Shown in pieces: positions 48,561-55,878 of a stretch of 64,000 bases of DNA. Source of the stretch: an uncultured Rhodospirillaceae bacterium (GTDB lineage Bacteria > Pseudomonadota > Alphaproteobacteria > Rhodospirillales > Magnetospirillaceae); the NCBI GenBank assembly GCA_903899885.1, contig CAIULK010000014.1, positions 18,362-82,361 on the forward strand, given 5' to 3'. Position 1 is the stretch's first letter. Every line of letters starts with the position of its first letter. The position numbers were made by a program, and so were the translations under genes. The notes under the pieces are model-generated. The model saw only the letters and a list, made by a program, of their open reading frames with translations. It did not search any database and was not told the DNA's origin.

Positions 48561-50381
48561 TCAATATTTGAATTGGGCTGCCCGCTCGAAACCGGTGAAC
48601 GGCCACGTTGCAAGCGTCGTCCAGCCATCCGGACCGCGCGCCAGCAAACTGGCCGCTCGCTCCTTGGGCGGAAATCCCAAGGCTTGGGCGACCGCGGGCG
48701 AAGACGACAGCACAAAGGCGTATGGTACCGCCGGATTGGCCAGAAGAAGCGCGACCGAGGCGGGTGACGCGAAGGCCGAAATGCCGGGCGCCGGGTGATA
48801 CCGAACCCCCAGATTCCATTTAAGGAAGTTGTCCATGAAGCCGGATCCCTCGGGATCGACCATCATCACCCTCGAACCGGGCGGCAAAAGCGCCGTCAGA
48901 TCCGGGGTCAGCGACCGCACGAAATTCTTCACCGGGTGCCAGTCGAAGCGCAGAACCGGCACCGCCGCCACCGGCACCGCCACCACGAGACCGATCGCCA
49001 AGATACCGAAAGCCGCCGTCAGGCGCGCCGACGGCCGCATTTTCAAGCCCGACAGCCATGCCGCAGCAGCCGCCAGTTCGAATCCGCCCAACTCGGTATG
49101 GTATCGCCAGAACGATGCCGCCGAAGAGCTTTCATAGTCGGTGTAGACCGCCAGATAGACCCACAGCAGAAATCCCGAGAAGCCGATCACCGTCACCGCG
49201 AACAACACCGCGAGACGCTCGGCGGGCACAACCCCGCGCGACAGCGCGCGGCCCGCCACACCGGCCAGAATCAACGCCAGCCCGAAATAGCCCCCCTTGT
49301 TTACCACCACCAACCCGATGCTGTGCAGGGTTTGCCCCATCAGGGCCCAATGCCACTGGGCGAAGGCCATCGGATGTTGCTCGCCGCCGCCAATCTCGGC
49401 GACTCGAACCCGCCAAGCCAGCGCCACCAGTCCAGCCGCCGCCGCCGCCAGCAGCAACGGCCCGATCCGGCGTGGCGCCAAGACAAGCGCGCCGGCGCCC
49501 AACAGCAGCAGAAACACCAGATTGGCCTGTTTGATGAGAATCAGGATCGTCGCCGCGGCCGCCAACTGGATGATCAGCCCGATCCCGACGGGCCGTTCCC
49601 CCTCCAGACAGCGGGCGGCCAGCATCGCCGTGAAGGCCAGAGCCACCGCGGTCGCGCAATCGGCGTAATTCGACAAGACCAGCTTGGGCACGAAGGTCGG
49701 CGACAGCAGTGTCGCGAAGGCCAAGCCCAGCGCGGCGGCCCGCCATCCGACCCGTTGGTTCGGCCGAACCAGTGAAATCAGCGCCAGTCCCAAACTGGCC
49801 AATAGCAACATATTGAAGCGGTTGCCGGTGGTATCGGCGATGCCGCCGGCCAGTCGGCTGACGAAGTAGCCGACGAACGCCGTTACATAGGGATAGGCCG
49901 GAAAAACACTGTCCGATGGCGGCAGGCCAACGCCTGGGAAATGGTCGGTCCACAGCAGATAGCGCAAATTCGGCAGCCATTGGGCGAAATCATCGTTTTC
50001 CGAGGGTTGCATCGACAGCGTGACCAGCAGCAACGGCACCAGCAGGATCAATATCCGCCCCGCCCCTGGCGCCAGCAGCGGTTGTTTACGGCGCCACAGC
50101 ACCGCCCCCGCGGCCAATGCGGCCACCGCCACGATAATGGCCAAAACGGTGAACGGAATCCCGGTCAGCCCGCCCACCACGACCAGGAACGACGCCACCA
50201 CGCTCCACCCGACCAGCAAATCGGCCTCGGGCATCGTCCGGGAATCGTTTCCGATGGATCGTAAGACCGCCCCGATGGCCGTAAATCCGCCCACGACCGG
50301 AATCAACGCCAACGCCTGGGCGACCTGAAGCGTCGAGGGAACAAGATCGCGCATGACGGCGGGAGACAGCATCCAGGTCAT
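48561..50381 (-). CDS. GT-C-like polytopic membrane protein
   Basis: ENDDFAQW loop, SNYAD, LIKQ, SFWRY; periplasmic C-terminus; AAGGA RBS. Confidence 0.68.
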   Translation of the reverse strand: MTWMLSPAVMRDLVPSTLQVAQALALIPVVGGFTAIGAVLRSIGNDSRTMPEADLLVGWSVVASFLVVVGGLTGIPFTVLAIIVAVAALAAGAVLWRRKQPLLAPGAGRILILLVPLLLVTLSMQPSENDDFAQWLPNLRYLLWTDHFPGVGLPPSDSVFPAYPYVTAFVGYFVSRLAGGIADTTGNRFNMLLLASLGLALISLVRPNQRVGWRAAALGLAFATLLSPTFVPKLVLSNYADCATAVALAFTAMLAARCLEGERPVGIGLIIQLAAAATILILIKQANLVFLLLLGAGALVLAPRRIGPLLLAAAAAGLVALAWRVRVAEIGGGEQHPMAFAQWHWALMGQTLHSIGLVVVNKGGYFGLALILAGVAGRALSRGVVPAERLAVLFAVTVIGFSGFLLWVYLAVYTDYESSSAASFWRYHTELGGFELAAAAAWLSGLKMRPSARLTAAFGILAIGLVVAVPVAAVPVLRFDWHPVKNFVRSLTPDLTALLPPGSRVMMVDPEGSGFMDNFLKWNLGVRYHPAPGISAFASPASVALLLANPAVPYAFVLSSSPAVAQALGFPPKERAASLLARGPDGWTTLATWPFTGFERAAQFKY

Positions 50382-50529
50382 CGGTTGTCCTTAACCATGG
50401 TGGGAATGCGGCATCCAACCGGTCGCCGGGCCGCGCCGCAACAAAAAAGAATCCCCCAAGAGGGACACGCGATCATCCGGTCCCGCCGTCGCGGATCAAG
50501 TTTTGAAAGGATCGGCGGGCAGTAAGGCC

Positions 50530-50764
50530 GTCACTGGTGTTCCCGTGGCATTGGTGCCGTTTCGTCACCGTGACCGACGGTCACTACTGCCGCGTTGGCA
50601 CCGGTGTCATCGCGTCATGCGTGTAAACGCGGCAGTCGTGCCGATTTACGCCTATTTCCTACATTTCCCCTGCGTATGTTCCATTCTATGCGTGACCGCA
50701 TCACACTAGTGCCACCGCTACACTATTGCCACTTTCTCACTGGTGTTTGATCGGCAGTGATGAT
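50530..50764. repeat. Two arrays of degenerate 12-bp palindromes (GKCA-N4-TGHC) at 17-bp period; putative parS centromere/operator
   Basis: Units start at 50530, 50547, 50564, 50580, 50597, 50614, 50631 and at 50685 (weak), 50702, 50719, 50736, 50753; directly upstream of parA. Confidence 0.75.
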
Positions 50765-50803
50765 AGCGTGCCGCGCGTCGATTTGCCGGAAAGGACCGTT
50801 GCC

Positions 50804-51496
50804 ATGGCCATGATCATCACCGTCGCCAACGAAAAGGGCGGCGTCGCGAAAACCACCGCCTCGTGCGAACTGGCTCTGCTCGCACAGCACAACGGCTACA
50901 AGACCGTGCTGATCGATACCGATCATCAGCAGGGGGCAACCAAGTTCAAATTGCGCCGCGATCAAGTGAGCGCCGAATTGCCGCCGCTGCGCGTCGTGCC
51001 CATCGTCGGTAAATCAGTCGGGTCGCAAATCGTTGATTTCGCGCGTGAAAACGACATTGTCGTGGTCGATGCGGGTGGCCGTGACAGCCAGGAGATGCGG
51101 CTTGCCATGTTGGTCTCGCACTTGGTGCTAATTCCGACGTCCGAGGGTGACGCCGATACCGACGGTTTGAACAAGATGGCGATGCTGATCAACGAAAGCC
51201 GGCTGCGGAATCCCGAGCTGAAGGCTTGGATCATGCCGGCCCGCATTCCGCCGACCAATTTTGGCGCGACCCGCGCCTTGATCGAGGAAGAACTGAATAA
51301 ACCGATCGATCCCTCGGTGCCGAACGAGCGTATCCGCGACGTGCTCGGCACGGTGACCCGCTGTTTTCTTGTTCAGCGTTCAGCCTATAAGACGGCCTAT
51401 GGATGGGGGCGCAGCGTGCGCGAGATGGACGGCCGCGATCCCAAGGCGGCAAGCGAGGTTCAGGCGTTTTATCAAGAGGTTGTCGATCATGGCTAA
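50804..51496 (+). CDS. parA: Short type Ib ParA/ParF-like partition ATPase
   Basis: NEKGGVAKTT deviant Walker A; IDTD..Q; VVVDAGGRDS; 230 aa with no N-terminal HTH; AAAGGA RBS. Confidence 0.92.
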   Translation: MAMIITVANEKGGVAKTTASCELALLAQHNGYKTVLIDTDHQQGATKFKLRRDQVSAELPPLRVVPIVGKSVGSQIVDFARENDIVVVDAGGRDSQEMRLAMLVSHLVLIPTSEGDADTDGLNKMAMLINESRLRNPELKAWIMPARIPPTNFGATRALIEEELNKPIDPSVPNERIRDVLGTVTRCFLVQRSAYKTAYGWGRSVREMDGRDPKAASEVQAFYQEVVDHG

Positions 51497-51911
51497 GGCA
51501 CCGCCGATGGTTAACGCGGGGGCGATTACGGTTGGTGGTGATCGCTTGCGGCGCGATTTTTCATCGCGTCCCTTGCCGACGGTGGATCCTGATCCCGATA
51601 CCAACCAGGATATCGCGCGGTTGGTCGGGGGGGCACCGGTCCGCACCGATGACACAACGGCACCACTGCCACACACGCCAGCGGCGACACCAGTGCCACC
51701 AAAAGCGTCACGAGCGCAGCCGCGATTTTATCTAATCGACGAGGATATCGCGCGGATCAAGGCGGAAATCGCTAATTTTCGCCGCTATACCGGCGAGGAC
51801 GCCAGCCCGTCGCGGGTGATCCGAGCGGCGTTGAAAGCGTTCGGTGATGAGCTGTCCGGTCAAGACCGCGCGAAGCGGATGGGCCTGATTCCCGACGGAC
51901 GGCGCAGATAA
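51489..51911 (+). CDS. Putative centromere-binding partner (ParG-like, C-terminal ribbon-helix-helix)
   Basis: Overlaps the parA stop; Pro-rich disordered N-terminus, then QPRFYL-helix-SPSRVIRAALKAF. Confidence 0.65.
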   Translation: MAKAPPMVNAGAITVGGDRLRRDFSSRPLPTVDPDPDTNQDIARLVGGAPVRTDDTTAPLPHTPAATPVPPKASRAQPRFYLIDEDIARIKAEIANFRRYTGEDASPSRVIRAALKAFGDELSGQDRAKRMGLIPDGRRR

Positions 51912-51961
51912 GCCGCAAGGGCGACTCAACCCGTTGTTTCCGATCGGTTTTTCTACGGCAA

Positions 51962-52455
51962 TGTCCCAGCTTATGCGCCCAACATATTGAATCCCTTGTG
52001 GGAATCCCGCTTGTGGCGCAGCGGGGCGTTTGGTACCGGATATTGTGGGTCGAGGGGTCTCAATGTCCCCGATTATGCGTGGAACGCCGGGCCAAACTCC
52101 GTTCTTGATGGAAAATTCTTTCGGATGTCGCCGTTTATGCGGATGAGGGTGGTGAAGCGATCCGGTGTCTAGCAGACCCTATCGGAGTTTTTTTAGTATA
52201 AGGAAATAACTATAGGTATGTGACCCGGATTATGCGTGGATAAGGACGCGTTTTATCCCGGATTATGCGGACTTGACTGTCGGAAAGAGACTCGGATTAT
52301 GCGGAGATTGGTCCCCAGTTATGCGTGGCTTTTCTCCCATTATTCTCGTCCTTATCCTCGATTATGCGTGGATAAGTCCAGCGGGAAGGATGGGGTCGCA
52401 CGCATAATCCGGGACATCGGGGCCGGTTCTCGAATCAAATGTCCCGGATTATGCG
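51962..52455. repeat. Iteron-type replication origin: about 10 copies of consensus TCCCGGATTATGCG (one inverted), AT-rich tract, two DnaA-box-like sites
   Basis: Copies near 51962, 52064, 52126, 52221, 52255, 52289, 52311, 52354, 52401 (inverted), 52440; AT-rich about 52188-52214; CGTGGATAA at 52235 and 52367 (8/9 match to the DnaA box). Confidence 0.88.
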
Positions 52456-52483
52456 TATCCGAATGATTCAAGGGTTGAACCCA

Positions 52484-52530
52484 CCACAACATCTAGTAAT
52501 TATTGGCGACCGAGGGTGAATATCCTGTGA
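52484..52530. promoter_or_regulatory. Tandem NrdR-box-like sites upstream of repA
   Basis: Cores CAACATCTAG (52487) and GAATATCCTG (52518), 31 bp apart; the second is degenerate. Confidence 0.45.
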
Positions 52531-52559
52531 TGGCACGCGGATAGGCGGGCAGGGAACGG

Positions 52560-53576
52560 ATGATGAGCGCAAAGCTGGCGAGGACGGCGTTGGCCGACGA
52601 TCAGGGACGGACGATACATTCGCAACTGGAATTGTTCGGTCTCGATACGTGCCTGGAGATGATGCGTACCGACCGCGCGCTCCCCGCCACCGTGGTCGTG
52701 GCGCGGCAGAGACAACTCACCGCCGCGCATCGTGTGATGTGCGAGGATTCCATCGAGGATGTTTCGTTCCTGCATGCCGGTCTGTGCCAAACCTCGTTGC
52801 CACATTCGCGTCCGGCGGCCAATAACGAGCCCTGGCAACGCAGCAACGGCCGTTTCCATCTGGTCGTTGAACCCGGCACGGTGATCGATCCGGCGACCGG
52901 GCGGGCGGCTTGGGTGGGCGTGCCGTTCGGCACCCGGGCGCGGTTGATCATGCTGTATCTGAATCGGCACGGCACGCGCGGACGGCGGGTGCATCTGGGC
53001 AATTCGATGACCGACTGGATGGACCGGTTGGGGATCAAGGCGACCGGCGGCAAGAATGGCAGCATCCGGGCGGTCAAGGAACAGTCGGTGCGGTTGGGCC
53101 GCGCCCGCTTCTCGTTGCAGTTCGAGAACCCGGAAACCGGCGCGTTGGGAATTTCCGACACGCAGTTGGCCGACCACCTGCATCTGTGGGTCACCGATGC
53201 CGAAGGGCCGTGGCTTGAGGAAATCGAACTGACCGAGAAGTTTCACGAGCATCTGCGCGAGCATGCGGTGCCGCTCAGCGACGGGGCAATCTCGTATTTG
53301 TCGGGCTCGAGCCTGAAGCTTGATCTTTATGCCTGGGCCGCGTGGCGGCTGCCGCGCCTGGAGCGCAGTTTGCGCCTGAATTGGACCCAGGTCGCGGCCA
53401 CCTTTTCGGCGGCCGGCGAAGCCAACAAGGTGGCCGCCAAGGTGCGCGAGGCGTTGGTTGATGTGCAGACGGTCTACCGCGATATGAAGATCGAGACCGC
53501 GCGGCACGGGCTGTTGCTGCATCCGTCGAAACCGCCGATCCCGCGCACGCTGATTCAAGTGGGCGGCAAACGATAA
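52560..53576 (+). CDS. repA: Plasmid replication initiator (RepA_C / IncW RepA-like family)
   Basis: LCQTSLPHS, GVPFGTRARLIMLYL, TGGKNGS, LDLYAW..WRL; next to iterons and parA. Confidence 0.88.
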   Translation: MMSAKLARTALADDQGRTIHSQLELFGLDTCLEMMRTDRALPATVVVARQRQLTAAHRVMCEDSIEDVSFLHAGLCQTSLPHSRPAANNEPWQRSNGRFHLVVEPGTVIDPATGRAAWVGVPFGTRARLIMLYLNRHGTRGRRVHLGNSMTDWMDRLGIKATGGKNGSIRAVKEQSVRLGRARFSLQFENPETGALGISDTQLADHLHLWVTDAEGPWLEEIELTEKFHEHLREHAVPLSDGAISYLSGSSLKLDLYAWAAWRLPRLERSLRLNWTQVAATFSAAGEANKVAAKVREALVDVQTVYRDMKIETARHGLLLHPSKPPIPRTLIQVGGKR

Positions 53577-53578
53577 GA

Positions 53579-54523
53579 TCAGGCCGAAATTAACCCCTGA
53601 ACGGCGTCCAGGACCATATCGACTGTCAGGTCCAGCATCAGGCAATCGGATTTGCGGTGGTCGAAATCGGGTGCCCAGCAAATATCCTCGAAACCGCGAG
53701 GGCCGCGCACGCTGGCGCATCGTGGGCCCCAGGGTCCATAAAACACCTCGGACGACGGCCCGAACAGCCCCAAGGTCGGCACGCCCGAGGCCGCGGCGAT
53801 ATGCATCAGCCCGGAATCGTTGCCGATATACAGGGCGCAGCGCTTCAGGCAGGCGTGGGTTGTCGGCAAATCGACCGTTCCCACCAGATCGATCGCCTGC
53901 CCGGCCGGAAGGGAATCCAGGACCGGTTGCGCCGCCGCCCGCTCGGACGCGGCGGCCAGCACGGCGACGCGTGCCCCTGGAAAGCGCCCGTTTGCCGCGG
54001 TCAGGCAGGCGGCAAGCCGGGCGAAACGCTCGGCGGGCCATTGTTTCGGGCTCCAATTGGCGGTCGGCCCCAGAGCCAGCACCGGCGGCCCGGACGGGAC
54101 GCGCCGGGCGGCCTCGGCCTCCTGCTCCGGGGTATTCCACAGACGGGGCGGGAAGGGGGTGTCCCGGCCGATCACCGAAGACATATGCACCAACCGGTGT
54201 TTGGCGTCCCACGACGAACGCAGGACGCGGCGGCGCAAGGTGGGTACCGTCCACGCCAAGGCCGATCCGCGCAGATCGACCACCATCGACCACCAGGTTC
54301 CGGCGACCGTCCGCCACAAGTCCCGCCAATGACCGGCGCGACGGCGCTTGATCATCGGGATTACCCGCTCGACGAACGGCATGGGCTCGAACAAGGGTGC
54401 CGGCACGACGCCGCAGGCCACGGTGAAGCGGGCCCGCGGGTAAATCTCGGCCAAGTGGTTCAACAGTCCGGTGGTCAGGACCGCGTCGCCGATCCGGCTT
54501 TGGGTGATGAAGAGGATGCGCAA
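53579..54523 (-). CDS. Glycosyltransferase family 9 (ADP-heptose:LPS heptosyltransferase-like)
   Basis: RIGDAVLT, KQWPAERF, IGNDSGLMHIAAASGVPTLGLFGP. Confidence 0.9.
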   Translation of the reverse strand: MRILFITQSRIGDAVLTTGLLNHLAEIYPRARFTVACGVVPAPLFEPMPFVERVIPMIKRRRAGHWRDLWRTVAGTWWSMVVDLRGSALAWTVPTLRRRVLRSSWDAKHRLVHMSSVIGRDTPFPPRLWNTPEQEAEAARRVPSGPPVLALGPTANWSPKQWPAERFARLAACLTAANGRFPGARVAVLAAASERAAAQPVLDSLPAGQAIDLVGTVDLPTTHACLKRCALYIGNDSGLMHIAAASGVPTLGLFGPSSEVFYGPWGPRCASVRGPRGFEDICWAPDFDHRKSDCLMLDLTVDMVLDAVQGLISA

Positions 54524-54530
54524 GGCCGCT

Positions 54531-55799
54531 CTACGGCCGCCAGACGCGCGACGAATCCGGGAAAGGAAGGGTGCGCCACATTCCCTTGATGTCGGCGACC
54601 AGTCCGCCCGGCTTCAAGAATGCCGCCAGCTCCTCGACCGTGTAGGCGACGTAGGCGTCGTGCGGCACGGCGCCGACGACACAATCATAGTTCGTGGCCG
54701 AGGCAAGATCGGACAGCAGCGTGACGCCGTATTCATGAGCCGCCTCCGCCGGGTCGGCGAAGGGGTCGTGAATATCGACCGAATGGCCGCGCACGGTCAG
54801 TGCCCGAATAAGATCGATCACCTTGCTGTTGCGCAAATCGGGGACGTTTTCCTTGAAGGTCAGGCCCAGCATTAGAACGCGCGAGCTGGGAGCCAATCGC
54901 TCGGCGATGCGTGCCGCCAGCCAGCCGCCCATGCCGTCGTTGATCCGGCGTCCGGCCAGGATGATTTCGGGGTTATGACCGTTCGAAAGGGCGCAGGTCG
55001 CCAGATAGAACGGATCGACGCCGATGCAGTGGCCACCGACCAAACCCGGACGAAAATTCAGGAAGTTCCACTTGGTGGCCGAGGCGTCGAGCACGTCGTA
55101 AATCGAAATTCCCAATCGTTGGAAGATCATGGTGATTTCGTTGATGAAGGCGATGTTGATGTCGCGCTGGGCGTTCTCGATCACCTTGGCGGCCTCGGCG
55201 GCGCGGATCGAGGCGGCGCGGAAAACGCCGCCGGTGGTGACGGCGCCGTAAACCTTGGCCAACAGCTCGGTCACCTCGGGCGTTTGACCGGCGATCACCT
55301 TGACGATGCGATCGACGGTGTGTTCGCGGTCGCCGGGATTGATGCGTTCCGGCGAATAGCCCAGGAAGAAATCCCGGCCGCAGACCAGACCGGAATGTTT
55401 TTCCAATTCGGGCCCGCACAGATCCTCGGTCACGCCGGGATAGACGGTGCTTTCGAACACCACCACGGCGCCCTTTTTTAGGGCGCGGCCGACGGTGGCG
55501 CAGGCCTTCATCACCGGGGTCAGGTCGGGGCGGTTTTCCAGATCGACCGGGGTCGGCACGGTGACGATGTAAACGTCGTGCCCCTCGATATCCTTGGGGT
55601 TGGCCGACATCTTCAGGGTGCTGGCGCGCAGCCGGTCCGAATCGATTTCGCCGGTTCGGTCATGATGCTTGTGCAGCTCCGCCACCCGCTCGGCCGAAAT
55701 ATCGAACCCGAGAGTGGGGAAATGGTGGGCGATGCCAACGGCCAGCGGCAGACCGACATAGCCGAGACCAACGACGACAATGGAGCTGTTCTGAGACAT
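54531..55799 (-). CDS. UDP-N-acetylhexosamine 6-dehydrogenase (TviB/WbpO-like)
   Basis: GLGYVGLP, TVPTP, ESTVYPG, YSPERINPGD, PGLVGGHCIGVDP, TFKENVPDLRNSK. Confidence 0.9.
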   Translation of the reverse strand: MSQNSSIVVVGLGYVGLPLAVGIAHHFPTLGFDISAERVAELHKHHDRTGEIDSDRLRASTLKMSANPKDIEGHDVYIVTVPTPVDLENRPDLTPVMKACATVGRALKKGAVVVFESTVYPGVTEDLCGPELEKHSGLVCGRDFFLGYSPERINPGDREHTVDRIVKVIAGQTPEVTELLAKVYGAVTTGGVFRAASIRAAEAAKVIENAQRDINIAFINEITMIFQRLGISIYDVLDASATKWNFLNFRPGLVGGHCIGVDPFYLATCALSNGHNPEIILAGRRINDGMGGWLAARIAERLAPSSRVLMLGLTFKENVPDLRNSKVIDLIRALTVRGHSVDIHDPFADPAEAAHEYGVTLLSDLASATNYDCVVGAVPHDAYVAYTVEELAAFLKPGGLVADIKGMWRTLPFPDSSRVWRP

Positions 55800-55878
55800 G
55801 GACGACGCGCGACCCCTAAAATTCGAATGGGAAGGACTAAAGTGTCAAGTCGCCGTCAAGTCAAGCCGGATCGAGTGT

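Noticed and set aside
50378..50476. Possible 32-aa minus-strand ORF overlapping the start of 48561..50381
   Set aside because: No convincing RBS or protein-like features; more likely leader or promoter DNA.
51962..52455. Origin repeats as a CRISPR array
   Set aside because: Repeats are only about 14-16 bp, irregularly spaced and one is inverted; no cas genes; the position next to repA fits iterons.
52500..54329. 609-aa minus-strand ORF and other long overlapping ORFs (e.g. 57673..59430 +, 40587..42128 -, 28650..29948 +, 62634..63932 +)
   Set aside because: Shadow frames of clear genes in GC-rich DNA; Arg/Gly/Pro-rich with no recognisable motifs.
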